Source: a virus (taxonomy: Duplodnaviria > Caudoviricetes). Taken from it: a stretch of DNA of 64,000 nt. A program made the translations under genes and the position numbers. The DNA is taken from the IMG/VR virus record IMGVR_UViG_3300028364_000013; one strand, 5' to 3'. The notes below the pieces were generated by a model. The model was given only the letters and a program-made list of their open reading frames with translations. It did not search any database and had not been told where the DNA came from. How positions within the stretch are numbered: position 1 is the first letter of the stretch; each line of letters begins with the position of its first letter. Positions 29,354-38,971 of the stretch are shown piece by piece.

Positions 29354-29659
29354 ATGGCACACAACAACAAATACAGAGCATTAAGAATTAGTCCTCCAAA
29401 GTTGGAGGTAAGCAAACAGTCGAGAGAGGTTATTTTCACAACAATAAGTTGTATGTGTGATAACGTTGGGACGCTTAGATTCAGAAAAAATGATAGTGGT
29501 GACTTTAAAATGTCAGGGATGGGATTTGCCTTAAGCAATTGGCAAATGAAACATACAATTCACGATATTGAGTGGGCTGCTGATGCAGGAGAGTGGAAAG
29601 AAGTGATTAAAATGATTAACTCAGGAACTGAGGCAATTGAAAAAGTTAAGAGCAGATAA
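29354..29659 (+). CDS. hypothetical protein
   Basis: after pA. Confidence 0.8.
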   Translation: MAHNNKYRALRISPPKLEVSKQSREVIFTTISCMCDNVGTLRFRKNDSGDFKMSGMGFALSNWQMKHTIHDIEWAADAGEWKEVIKMINSGTEAIEKVKSR

Positions 29660-29837
29660 GAAATTGTAACTTTTTAAATTACCATCGTTATACAAACAAG
29701 AATAGCAAACGAGCCATTCAAAAAGTACAAATCTGAAATAATAAACTGACCTAAAGAGTGGTCACAACGAAATTTGTAACTTTTTGATAACTCATCGTTA
29801 TATAAATGAACCAATAAATTAATTAAAACCCAAAAGA

Positions 29838-30413
29838 ATGAAAAAATTATTTGCGATAGCCGTAGTCGGCTTGATGGTAGCATTTTCCTCAAATGCCTTT
29901 GCTTCAGATTCTGATAGCAATAACGACAACACAGAGTTTGTCATTGAAAGCGCACACGTTGATGCAGTAGCATTTGAATTCGTGCCAGTGGTAACTGAAT
30001 TTACCTTTAACGTTGAAACTGAGCAAGTCAGTTATGACTTTCAGTCAGCAGACGTGTCTGTGAATAGCGCAAGTGTGGGGGAGGACTTTGAGTTTGCCGT
30101 GAACACGGAAGGCTTGTACACCTCTAACTTAAAGTTTGACATACCTATTGATGACGGCTATTCCACGAATATAGATAAGTTTACCTTGAATGAACCCATA
30201 CCAAATTTGACAGAGTTTACTTTGAGCGACAATAAACCTATACCAAATTTGACCGAGTTTACCTTTAGTGTTAATAACTTTACATTGAATGAACCCATAC
30301 CAAATTTGACCGAGTACGTCACCAATTACAACGAAATATATGGTTATGCCAGTCCCAAGTTAGTCAAGGACATTGCAACCAACGTGGGTAAGTTTACCAA
30401 ATACAACTTATAA
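29838..30413 (+). CDS. secreted protein with PIPNLTE repeats
   Basis: signal peptide MKKLFAIAVVGLMVAFSSNAFA; three (FTL)NEPIPNLTE-type repeats. Confidence 0.8.
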   Translation: MKKLFAIAVVGLMVAFSSNAFASDSDSNNDNTEFVIESAHVDAVAFEFVPVVTEFTFNVETEQVSYDFQSADVSVNSASVGEDFEFAVNTEGLYTSNLKFDIPIDDGYSTNIDKFTLNEPIPNLTEFTLSDNKPIPNLTEFTFSVNNFTLNEPIPNLTEYVTNYNEIYGYASPKLVKDIATNVGKFTKYNL

Positions 30414-30429
30414 ACATTATATTATATTG

Positions 30430-30460
30430 AAAGTCCTTACTATTGAGTAAGGACTTTTTT
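30430..30460 (+). terminator. intrinsic terminator
   Basis: AAAGTCCTTAC-TATTGA-GTAAGGACTTTTTT. Confidence 0.8.
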
Positions 30461-30522
30461 GTGCATTAAAAATTAATTTCTTCAGCTGTTGTAACTTTTT
30501 AGATTCTCATCGTTATATTTGT

Positions 30523-30685
30523 AGGGACCAAGAGAGGGACCATGATACTTTGAAATATATTACGATGTGGGACCTATGGTCCATGCGTTTTTCGAGCGCT
30601 CGCATGCATCAAGCCTTTAAGAGGTTTTAGGGACCATGCAAATTTAGGCCAGCGCTTTTAAGAGGTTTTAAGCGCTGGCTTTTTT
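30523..30685 (+). ncRNA. candidate sRNA with GGGACC repeats
   Basis: own pA, four GGGACC, ends in GCCAGCGCTT/AAGCGCTGGC terminator. Confidence 0.45.
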
Positions 30686-30742
30686 GTGTCTTGTAACTTT
30701 TTGAATTGCTATCGTTATACATACATAACCAAACAATACATT

Positions 30743-31138
30743 ATGAAAATATTATTAGCAGGAGCAATTATAGACTTCTACATAAGCCCAAAGAAATACG
30801 AAACCTACAAGACCAATGCAGGCAAGCACAATTACATTTACCGTGAGCTTAAAAAGTACTTAGACTCTTTAACGGGAAAGGTTGTAAATGGTATTACCAT
30901 TAGAGATGCAAGTATTACTTCAAACAACTTTTGGGGTATTAAAAAATTCTGCAAACCAAATGACCTCAACTACTCATGTAACAATGAAGTGCCTTTGAGA
31001 GAAGATAAGACTACAATTCGAATTTTCATGATTGACATTGTGGGAGTTTACGAAGGAGAAGTAGAACTTCAAGACCAATTCTTTCAAGTTAGTGATAAGA
31101 ATTTTCACCTAAAATTAAGTAACGTAAAAACTGTATAA
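30743..31138 (+). CDS. hypothetical protein
   Basis: after pA. Confidence 0.8.
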   Translation: MKILLAGAIIDFYISPKKYETYKTNAGKHNYIYRELKKYLDSLTGKVVNGITIRDASITSNNFWGIKKFCKPNDLNYSCNNEVPLREDKTTIRIFMIDIVGVYEGEVELQDQFFQVSDKNFHLKLSNVKTV

Positions 31139-31140
31139 TT

Positions 31141-31290
31141 ATGGCTTGTGATTTAACGTACCCTGAGTGTGGAAACAACTTAGGCAAAGATACTGAAAAC
31201 CCAAAACTTGCATACTGTGATAGATGTGAGGAGGAAGATATTAAGAACCCACGGGGCTATGAAGTTGATGAGGACGGAAACGAAATTTAG
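31141..31290 (+). CDS. small zinc-ribbon-like protein
   Basis: YPECG...YCDRC. Confidence 0.6.
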   Translation: MACDLTYPECGNNLGKDTENPKLAYCDRCEEEDIKNPRGYEVDEDGNEI

Positions 31291-31326
31291 ATTTGTAACT
31301 TTTTGAAAACCTATCGTTATACAAAT

Positions 31327-31377
31327 GTCCGATAGGTTTTCTTTTTTACCTATCGTAAGAGTAATCCACTCCTGCCC
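31327..31377 (+). ncRNA. candidate sRNA, AATCCAC-CCTGCC subfamily (copy F)
   Basis: own pA; CGATAGGT/ACCTATCG hairpin plus AAGAGTAATCCACTCCTGCCC. Confidence 0.55.
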
Positions 31378-31463
31378 GAAAGTCTGGTGCTATCATCATG
31401 ACGAATGGAATTGTAACTTTTTGAATTCATATCGTTATATAGGTATAACCAAATAAAAACATT

Positions 31464-31802
31464 ATGGCACACGATAATATTACTCTAAAAAAACAAAACA
31501 ACTTTGTTGAAGCAATTAAAAAGGGCTTATTAGATATGGGCGCAACAATTGTAAAGCAAGAGTTTAGTGATACTCAATTTGTTTTGAATACAATTGCAGG
31601 TAAGTTGAATATTACGCTGTATGGCTCTCAAAAATTTCTTTATACTGTTTACAGTAGATTTGAAGAGGTTGACAAAGCAAAAGGTAAATTTAACTGTAAC
31701 CCTTATAGCGGAAAGTACAATGTACATTTGTCAGCAAAAGGTAATACAGAAAAATATGCTATTGCAGACGCATTGCAACATTTTGAATGTACATTGAATT
31801 GA
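31464..31802 (+). CDS. hypothetical protein
   Basis: after pA. Confidence 0.8.
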   Translation: MAHDNITLKKQNNFVEAIKKGLLDMGATIVKQEFSDTQFVLNTIAGKLNITLYGSQKFLYTVYSRFEEVDKAKGKFNCNPYSGKYNVHLSAKGNTEKYAIADALQHFECTLN

Positions 31803-31862
31803 TTTTGTAACTTTTTAAATTCCTATCGTTATATAGGTATAACCAAATAAATAAAAGAAATT

Positions 31863-32558
31863 ATGAGTGAGTCAGTAGATTATAAAGGATATTCAATTGA
31901 GATTGAAAGTGATGATTGTCCAATGAACCCACGTACAGCTTGGGACAATGAAACAATAATGGTTTGTCAACACGGACGTTACTCTTTAGGTGACGAAAAG
32001 CATGGGGTTGACCTTGACGGATGCAATAGTTGGGCTGATGTTAAAAAAGCAATTGTAAAGCAAAAAAAGCCAATTGTAATTTTGCCACTTTACTTGTATG
32101 ACCATTCAGGAATTACAATGAACACAACGGGATTCAGTTGTGGTTGGGATTCAGGACAAGTAGGATTCATTTTCATTAATGAAGCAAAGGCTAAAGAAAT
32201 TGGATGGACAAAAGCATATGCCAAAACTTTAGCAAAAGGTGATGACGAAAAATACAAAGGTAAGACAAGAGAAGAAATTCTTACAGACTTTATGGTGAGT
32301 GACGTTGAAACATACGACAACTACATTAGCGGACAAGTTTACCAATTCACTGTTAAAGATAAAGACGGTGAAGAAGTTGAGGACGGTTCTTGTGGTGGAT
32401 TCTACGGGTATGACCACGACAAAAGCGGACTTCTTGACCATGCACAAAGCACAATTGATGGAGAAATTAATTGGAACATTAAGCAAAGAGTTGAAAAACT
32501 TAAAGAGTTGATTAAAGCAAAAGTGCCAGTAATTTACAGAGTACTACCAAGTTTATAA
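31863..32558 (+). CDS. conserved hypothetical phage protein (LYLYDHSG...WDSGQVG motif)
   Basis: 231 aa ORF after pA; function not assigned. Confidence 0.85.
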   Translation: MSESVDYKGYSIEIESDDCPMNPRTAWDNETIMVCQHGRYSLGDEKHGVDLDGCNSWADVKKAIVKQKKPIVILPLYLYDHSGITMNTTGFSCGWDSGQVGFIFINEAKAKEIGWTKAYAKTLAKGDDEKYKGKTREEILTDFMVSDVETYDNYISGQVYQFTVKDKDGEEVEDGSCGGFYGYDHDKSGLLDHAQSTIDGEINWNIKQRVEKLKELIKAKVPVIYRVLPSL

Positions 32559-32683
32559 ATTTGCGACCAGCAAAGCAGGTCTATACCTGCGGTCAGAAAG
32601 GGGGATTTTCAAAGTCTCCCTTTTTGTTTTGTAACTTTTTGAATTCCTATCGTTATATAGTTGTAACCAAATAAAAATAAATT

Positions 32684-33124
32684 ATGTTAAGCTCAATAAA
32701 TAAAGAACAGAAATTATATGTAACTCCCTGCGGAGGTGGATTCTCTTGTTTAGGCTTTGACGTTTGCCACAACAAAACTATTAAGTTAGCAAAAGAATTG
32801 GATAGAGAAGATTTGATTCCAACACGCAAAGGAACAAAGAAGGCATACAACAATTACGAAACGCTTGTCTCCCTTGCAAGAGAGAAAAACATTGCTACTG
32901 GATGGCAAAGCAAAGCAGGGCTTACTCCAGAATTAATTGGCAAAGAAGGTCATAGAGTAGAGGTTGTTACTTCTTATGGAGAAAAAGTTCGTTTCATTGT
33001 AGGAAAGTCTACGGGATGGATTCCTTGCCACCTTGAAATTAAAAGAACAGATTCTTCTGGAGGTGGTGGCGCAATTGGTTCTCCATACAAAAGTATTAAG
33101 ATTGTAGAATACAATGCAAGATAA
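32684..33124 (+). CDS. hypothetical protein
   Basis: after pA. Confidence 0.8.
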   Translation: MLSSINKEQKLYVTPCGGGFSCLGFDVCHNKTIKLAKELDREDLIPTRKGTKKAYNNYETLVSLAREKNIATGWQSKAGLTPELIGKEGHRVEVVTSYGEKVRFIVGKSTGWIPCHLEIKRTDSSGGGGAIGSPYKSIKIVEYNAR

Positions 33125-33178
33125 ATTGTAACTTTTTGAATTCCTATCGTTATACTATTGTAACCAAATAAGAAAGAG

Positions 33179-33763
33179 ATGAAAAGAAATATAGCAACCA
33201 TAGTAGAACATTATTTAGTAGCCGCTTTATGGACAAATGAGATTGACGATATGTCAGTTAAGTGCAATGTAAGTAGCAAGTCAATTAAAGATGCTATATT
33301 GCAAGTGCAATGCTTCTTAGGTGCAGCTCTCCCTTTGCTTACTGAGGAATGGACAGACGAACAAATAGGTCATGACTTATGGCTTACTCGTGGCGGACAT
33401 GGTGCAGGATTTTGGGATAGAGATTTGCCAAACGGAAAAGAACTTACTGCAATTTGTGAATTGTGTAGATTCAATAGTGAAGTGTGGGCAGACCGTGAAA
33501 ATGATATTGTTCATATTGATGGTGATGAAGAGGCACTTAACTTATTTGAACACTACGAACTTCTTCCTCAAAACGTACAAGACCTTTTAATTGAACTTGG
33601 TGAATTAGAGGACACTTATGAAGATTGCGACAAACTTATTGCAAGGCTTGAAGAATTAGGCTACACTTGTAGTTACTACCTCAACGCTGAACCTTATGAT
33701 TTAAGGTTAAATGAAGAGCCAACTTTTGAAGGTCAAAGCGAACCTTATAATTCTAAAGCATAA
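33179..33763 (+). CDS. hypothetical protein (GHDLWLTRGGHGAGFWDR motif)
   Basis: after pA; appears to be two fused domains. Confidence 0.85.
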   Translation: MKRNIATIVEHYLVAALWTNEIDDMSVKCNVSSKSIKDAILQVQCFLGAALPLLTEEWTDEQIGHDLWLTRGGHGAGFWDRDLPNGKELTAICELCRFNSEVWADRENDIVHIDGDEEALNLFEHYELLPQNVQDLLIELGELEDTYEDCDKLIARLEELGYTCSYYLNAEPYDLRLNEEPTFEGQSEPYNSKA

Positions 33764-33815
33764 TTGTAACTTTTTAAATTCATATCGTTATACATACATA
33801 ACCAATACATTAGAC

Positions 33816-34088
33816 ATGACAAATTCAGCAAAGAAAAAGAAAATAAAAGCATTAGCAAAGAAAATGTTAAAAACCTCCCTTAAAGAAATGGAGGCTAAGA
33901 TTGATAAGGCTTTAAACTCTGGAGCGTTGGATGTTGACGAATGGGATGAAAACTCAAACCCTTCAATTCTCCCTAAAGTAATTGTTATTGCAATTATGGA
34001 AGATGAGGCAGAGCAATACAAAGCAAAAGGCACTTCATTTGAGAAAGAAATGAAGAAAGATGTTTCTAACTTAAAATGTTTTATATAA
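33816..34088 (+). CDS. hypothetical protein
   Basis: after pA. Confidence 0.8.
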   Translation: MTNSAKKKKIKALAKKMLKTSLKEMEAKIDKALNSGALDVDEWDENSNPSILPKVIVIAIMEDEAEQYKAKGTSFEKEMKKDVSNLKCFI

Positions 34089-34504
34089 TGATTTACGAAG
34101 TAGAAACATTCAAACTCATAGGGCTAACCATTTTCTTATACCAAGAAGTTGATTACTTAGAATTGGTGAAAGAAAAGAATATGCCAGAGAGACTAATTAA
34201 CACGAGAGTTAATAAGCCTGTGGTAAAACACCCAAGAAGATTTTACGTAAGTGACCTGAAAGAAATTCAGGGTAAGGACATTCAGGTTCTCAATAGAGAA
34301 GAGAGCTCAGACAAGCTGCCTTATTTCGCAGATGTAACGTCAGACATTCCAGGATACCTCAATATTGAGCCAGACACTTACAAGAGCTGTCAGCTAATGG
34401 CAGAGACTCATGGAGGCTACCTACAATTTTTCGATAACAAGACGGAGAAGATTTTAAGAATTGCAATTAATTCAAATACTTACTCTCCCTTAAAAAGCAA
34501 ATAA
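34088..34504 (+). CDS. hypothetical protein
   Basis: TAATG coupling. Confidence 0.75.
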   Translation: MIYEVETFKLIGLTIFLYQEVDYLELVKEKNMPERLINTRVNKPVVKHPRRFYVSDLKEIQGKDIQVLNREESSDKLPYFADVTSDIPGYLNIEPDTYKSCQLMAETHGGYLQFFDNKTEKILRIAINSNTYSPLKSK

Positions 34505-34506
34505 AA

Positions 34507-34722
34507 ATGAAAAAGGTAACTTTATACTCAAAAGATTTTAACTTCTTTCTTCAGGAGCAAATAGGAATTGTGACTACTGGCAACGGTAGAGAGTCACGAT
34601 TTTTCTCAAGACTTGACAGTGCTTTGTTTAAAGAGACAAGGCGTAATGAAAAAATGAGTGAAGAGAAGGAAAAAGAAATTTGCAAAGACATTCATTTAGG
34701 ACTAAAATATTATAAAGATTAA
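34507..34722 (+). CDS. hypothetical protein
   Basis: ORF. Confidence 0.7.
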   Translation: MKKVTLYSKDFNFFLQEQIGIVTTGNGRESRFFSRLDSALFKETRRNEKMSEEKEKEICKDIHLGLKYYKD

Positions 34723-34852
34723 AAATATTGTTTGGTTACAATAGGGGGGAGGCTTAGGTCTCCCTTTCTTGTTTTTGCTTCGGTACGAACAATGAAATTG
34801 TAACTTTTTAAATTGCTATCGTTATACAGATATAACCAAAGAAAAAGAAATT

Positions 34853-35180
34853 ATGAGACAGTTAAAAAAAGAATTAGAAACATATTGTGAGTTACACTGG
34901 TGGAACATGGGCTCAAAAACTCTGTCCTTCAAAGGAGATTTGAAAGATTTGTTGGAAAAGCAGAACATTACTTTTACCAAGAAAAAAAACAGAAACAGAA
35001 GGAATTTTTACATACACCTTCAAAAGCTCTTATGGTATTAGTTTTAAAACAACTGGCTTGATACATGACTTTCCACACCTTGCAAAGCAGTTTATTCAAA
35101 TGGAATTAGTACGAATGGGTGATAAGTCGCAGCTACGTGTTAGTGGAGCTTGGAGACCTGTTGTAAATGTAAACTATTAA
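34853..35180 (+). CDS. hypothetical protein, apparent frameshift at A8 run 34982-34989
   Basis: shifted frame continues TETEGIFTY...VVNVNY. Confidence 0.6.
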
Positions 35181-35231
35181 TTGAGACACAAGATAAATTG
35201 TAACTTTTTAAAAACCTGTCGTTATACAATT

Positions 35232-35726
35232 ATGAAATTATCCATAGCACATATACTCAGAACATTTCCAGAAGCACTTTCTCTGGCGTTCATAGAAACG
35301 GAAGCGAACACAACTGAACACCCAGAGTTTGGATTAAAAAAATTGACTCTGGCGCAGTTCAAAGCTTCACCTGGACATTACAAGCAAAGGCTTTATAGAA
35401 ATATTCAGTCAGCTATTCAAACGGAAGTAGATTCTATTTTGAGTGGTGAGGCTTACCAAGATTGCTTAGATGCACCACTGGTGAACTCTCCCTTAGTTGG
35501 ATTGCTCTGGAACAAAGATGTTGAAGGTGCGCATGAGATTAACAAAAGGTTAAAGTACCCAGAGTTAATGAATGTAGTTGACGAATTGTATAAGGAGCTT
35601 ACAGACAAAGTTGATGTCTCCCTTGCTAAAGCCAAAGGCGTTGAGTCAAAGATGCCTTACAAAGGTCAGTTCGTATTAGAAGAGATTATTCAAATGACAC
35701 AAGAGAAGTGGTCAAAAAGCGTTTAA
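35232..35726 (+). CDS. hypothetical protein (leaderless)
   Basis: ATG 5 nt after pA -10. Confidence 0.8.
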   Translation: MKLSIAHILRTFPEALSLAFIETEANTTEHPEFGLKKLTLAQFKASPGHYKQRLYRNIQSAIQTEVDSILSGEAYQDCLDAPLVNSPLVGLLWNKDVEGAHEINKRLKYPELMNVVDELYKELTDKVDVSLAKAKGVESKMPYKGQFVLEEIIQMTQEKWSKSV

Positions 35727-35787
35727 TTGTAAGCGCAGCGGAAAAGCGTCAGCTTGTAACTTTTTAAAAACCTATCGTTATACATAT

Positions 35788-36072
35788 ATGGAAAAAGATA
35801 CTACATACTTAATTAGCGTTGCCATTCGAGATGAGAACGGCAAGGTCGTAGAAGACAAAAAAGGAATTAAAACTACTGGAATGAATTTCGAAATAACAGT
35901 ATTCAACGATAAGCAGTTGGAATTTCAAATGAAAACATTGCACCGTCAGTTTAGAGCATTTTTACCAAACCATAAAATTAACATTGAAGCAGGTTTGCTT
36001 AATAAAATTTCAAGAACTGTAATGTGTATGGCTTCATTTTATGGTAGTGAAGAGAGGTTTGTAAAACACTAA
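35788..36072 (+). CDS. hypothetical protein (leaderless)
   Basis: ATG 5 nt after pA -10. Confidence 0.8.
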   Translation: MEKDTTYLISVAIRDENGKVVEDKKGIKTTGMNFEITVFNDKQLEFQMKTLHRQFRAFLPNHKINIEAGLLNKISRTVMCMASFYGSEERFVKH

Positions 36073-36145
36073 TTGTAACTTTTTAAAACCCTATCGTTAT
36101 ATTAATATGAAACAAATAGAACTTACCATAGAAACATTTTAAGAG

Positions 36146-36331
36146 ATGAGAAAATTCGTAGATACATATTTAACTGGAACAACTTACCCAGCAATTGGAA
36201 TAGACAAACCAGAGAACCATGAAGAGATTGTTGATTTCATTGTGGATGATGTCAAAGAGACAGCTGACCCAAAAGATTGGCACAGCGGAGATGTTGACAT
36301 TGCATTCAGAAGATTTTTAGAGAGCAAATAA
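36146..36331 (+). CDS. hypothetical protein
   Basis: ORF. Confidence 0.7.
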   Translation: MRKFVDTYLTGTTYPAIGIDKPENHEEIVDFIVDDVKETADPKDWHSGDVDIAFRRFLESK

Positions 36332-36356
36332 TTCTAATTTTATAAAACACGACATA

Positions 36357-36740
36357 ATGAAAAGCAAATTCACAGAAATTCTTACAGACCACGTTGATGA
36401 AAACGGAGTTGTACACATGGATGGTTATAAAACAAATGACAGCGATGAAGAAGGAGTTGTTATTGGAGTTGTAATAAACGGTGAGCCATACTGGAGAGAC
36501 CCAGAGTACCAGTTTGACCCTTATGTTATAGAAACTGTTGCAGAAGTAAAGAAATGGCAACAGGAGCAGCGAGAGGCTTTAAAAAATGAGATTAAAAAAG
36601 CTGTTACCAACGTTGTTTATGATTTAAACGCAAAACCAAGGTTAACTTTTACTGACGGCTCTCCCTTAGAAAAGAAACTCTCCCTTATTGATGGTGGAGT
36701 TGATGAGATTATGAAACTAATAAAGACTGACATTTTGTAA
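36357..36740 (+). CDS. hypothetical protein
   Basis: stop inside a degenerate pA. Confidence 0.8.
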   Translation: MKSKFTEILTDHVDENGVVHMDGYKTNDSDEEGVVIGVVINGEPYWRDPEYQFDPYVIETVAEVKKWQQEQREALKNEIKKAVTNVVYDLNAKPRLTFTDGSPLEKKLSLIDGGVDEIMKLIKTDIL

Positions 36741-36808
36741 CTTTTTAAAATAACTGGACGTTGAATAACGACTAAGAACTAAATTCCTCCCCCTGTGCCT
36801 CATTTAAT

Positions 36809-36840
36809 TTTGGTAATTAAAATCTTTATTCATACATTTG
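36809..36840 (+). promoter_or_regulatory. Bacteroidota housekeeping-sigma promoter
   Basis: TTTG-N20-TACATTTG. Confidence 0.8.
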
Positions 36841-36860
36841 TGTAAATTAAAACATAAATT

Positions 36861-37028
36861 ATGAACAAAGAAGAGATTTTCGAAGAAATGCAAGAGTTGT
36901 GGACAACTTTTGAAACTGAACACAGCGGAGGAACTAAAGCATCTGCAGGAAGAGCAAGAAAAGCTATTGGTGAAATCAAAAAATTAGTTACTGCTTATAG
37001 AGCTGCATCTGTTGAGGCTGACAAATAA
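36861..37028 (+). CDS. histone H1-like (Hc1-family) small DNA-binding protein
   Basis: 55 aa; GTKASAGRARKAIGEIKKLVTAYRAASV resembles Bacteroidota Hc1-like proteins. Confidence 0.7.
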   Translation: MNKEEIFEEMQELWTTFETEHSGGTKASAGRARKAIGEIKKLVTAYRAASVEADK

Positions 37029-37048
37029 GAAAACTTAAACTAAACTAC

Positions 37049-37082
37049 AAAAAGCGTTATCATTAATTTGGTAACGCTTTTC
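37049..37082. terminator. bidirectional terminator
   Basis: AAAAAGCGTTATCA ... TGGTAACGCTTTT between convergent units. Confidence 0.7.
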
Positions 37083-37159
37083 TATTTTTATTATAAATAG
37101 ATAAAAAATATAAAATCGAACCCCAATTTCACAATTAAGTTTATAGGGCTATTAACTTG

Positions 37160-37233
37160 CACTCCGTATCGGATTCAAACCGATGGTCTTCTCATAGAAA
37201 GTGAGACGTGTTGGGTCGCTACACTAACGGAGC
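37160..37233 (-). tRNA. tRNA-Glu(TTC), atypical
   Basis: cloverleaf; anticodon loop CTTTCTA (U37), T loop TTTGAAT, D loop lacks GG. Confidence 0.8.
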
Positions 37234-37236
37234 GTT

Positions 37237-37321
37237 TGGTCTTGCGTATCGGATTCGAACCGATGAACCTTTCGGGCTGCCTTGAAAGGGCAGTTACTTT
37301 GAGCCGCTTGTATAACGCAAG
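37237..37321 (-). tRNA. tRNA with TTC anticodon and long variable arm
   Basis: CTTGCGT/ACGCAAG, A73, encoded CCA, CTGCC-CTTTCAA-GGCAG, variable CCCGAAAGGTTC. Confidence 0.8.
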
Positions 37322-37496
37322 AAATATAAGCACAAAAAAAGAGGATAACACTTGTGCTATCCTCTTGACTACGATTTTGCGATTTAAAAATCCCTCAATC
37401 TGGTTTGTTAACTTAGAGCATAGCGAAGTAGTGGAGTCTCCTCCAAACGTTCACTGTTCTCTATGTTTACAAATCTTTTCATTTTCTTATTTTTTG

Positions 37497-37569
37497 TTGC
37501 GCAGGCCAGACTCGAACTGACGACCTCAAGATTATGAGCCTTGCGAGCTACCAACTGCTCCACCGCACT
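37497..37569 (-). tRNA. tRNA-Met(CAT), initiator-like
   Basis: TGGAGCAGTTGGTAGCTCG D arm, CTCATAA loop, 1:72 mismatch; lacks the three G:C anticodon-stem pairs. Confidence 0.85.
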
Positions 37570-37597
37570 ATATATAAATAGTAATCTTTTTTATTTA

Positions 37598-37626
37598 TTA
37601 TACGCAAATATAAGAATAAAGTTCTA
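37598..37626 (-). promoter_or_regulatory. class B promoter driving the tRNA cluster
   Basis: TAGAAC-N16-CGTATAA on minus strand. Confidence 0.7.
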
Positions 37627-37676
37627 TTAAATCCAAATGTTTTTGTAACTTTTTTAAAATTAATCGTTATACACGT

Positions 37677-38003
37677 ATGAAAAGAACAGCTCTATTTACA
37701 CTCACAGGTCAAACATACTGGCACTTTCACGCCATTGGCACAGGCATTATTTTTAATTACCATATTAATGCAAAACAAGTAATAACTACGTGTGAACTTT
37801 CAGGTCAAATGATAGAGGTTAAGGATTATTACCAAGAAGGAGGATTTGATTCACCTGAGGAATTCAGACAAAACTGTATTACAATTTACCAAGAGATGAT
37901 TCAAGACGGAGCGACCATAGTGTTGGACTACATAGACAACCCCGATATTTTTATGAGTGGTGAAGTTGCTATTGGATATGACCCAAAGGTGATTTGTAAC
38001 TGA
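37677..38003 (+). CDS. hypothetical protein (leaderless)
   Basis: ATG 5 nt after pA -10. Confidence 0.8.
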   Translation: MKRTALFTLTGQTYWHFHAIGTGIIFNYHINAKQVITTCELSGQMIEVKDYYQEGGFDSPEEFRQNCITIYQEMIQDGATIVLDYIDNPDIFMSGEVAIGYDPKVICN

Positions 38004-38066
38004 TTGTCTAATTTGTAACTTTTTAAATTCCTGTCGTTATACAGACACGAACCAATAAAACACGAC

Positions 38067-38354
38067 ATGAATATTACAGAAGACAATTTTGACGAGGTAT
38101 TCAAACCTCAAACCAACCACCTTGACGACAACGCAGGATTCAACGGATGTATGTATGAAACATACGGAGAAGAAGTTGACTACGTTTTCAACCTCGCTAA
38201 AACTACAAAGAAAGTTTGGACAATTATTGAGGGGGATGATGATACAATGTTTTACGTTGCAGGATTCCACTATGTAAACAGAATAGGATTCCTTGTATGT
38301 GAAGTTGAGTATGAAGATGGACAAGAGGACATTCAATTAGATACTGATTTTTAA
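38067..38354 (+). CDS. hypothetical protein
   Basis: after pA. Confidence 0.85.
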   Translation: MNITEDNFDEVFKPQTNHLDDNAGFNGCMYETYGEEVDYVFNLAKTTKKVWTIIEGDDDTMFYVAGFHYVNRIGFLVCEVEYEDGQEDIQLDTDF

Positions 38355-38364
38355 AAACACGAAA

Positions 38365-38634
38365 ATGAAAATAACAGACGCACAAGACATATTGATTAAT
38401 GTAATTAATTGTTACCTTGAAGATTGTTCAAGCGAAGACCCAGAAGAGCAGGAGAGAGTTAGAAAAGCTTGGGCAACATTGACTCAACAAAAATTTACTG
38501 TCAAAGTACCTCTGGAAGAGGATGAGTTGGAACGGATGCAACATGAAGGCGAAGAGTTTGAGTGGGAATTTCCAACCGAAGAGAATGACACCCAGAACGT
38601 CACGATAATTATTAGTAAGAGAGAGAGCGAATAA
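38365..38634 (+). CDS. hypothetical acidic protein
   Basis: ORF. Confidence 0.8.
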   Translation: MKITDAQDILINVINCYLEDCSSEDPEEQERVRKAWATLTQQKFTVKVPLEEDELERMQHEGEEFEWEFPTEENDTQNVTIIISKRESE

Positions 38635-38701
38635 GCTCTCTTTTTTTGTTTGTAACTTTTTGAATTGCTATCGTTATACAACCAGACTAAAACAAAAGAC
38701 A

Positions 38702-38971
38702 ATGAAAGATTTCAAACAAGAGTACGAAGAGAGACAAAATAATTATGAAAAGGAATGTCAGGCTGAATTAAAAGCAGACAAGAAATTCCAACTCTCCCTA
38801 ACTCCTGAACAAGCAGTTATTGTTCTTGAGCCAAGCCATGCGCCTGAAAACTTTTACTGTGATGGAGAAGTTAGCCATGCTCAGGGTCTGGCAATGTGGA
38901 AAGGTAGATTAAAAAATTCAGGATTGAACCCTGATAATGTTAACATGATTGTTAAATACATTTTCGGATAA
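38702..38971 (+). CDS. hypothetical protein
   Basis: after pA. Confidence 0.8.
   Translation: MKDFKQEYEERQNNYEKECQAELKADKKFQLSLTPEQAVIVLEPSHAPENFYCDGEVSHAQGLAMWKGRLKNSGLNPDNVNMIVKYIFG

Noticed and set aside
37400-37480. Fourth tRNA in the minus-strand cluster
   Set aside because: Only a short TGGAG/CTCCA hairpin; no cloverleaf. At most a 24-codon ORF.
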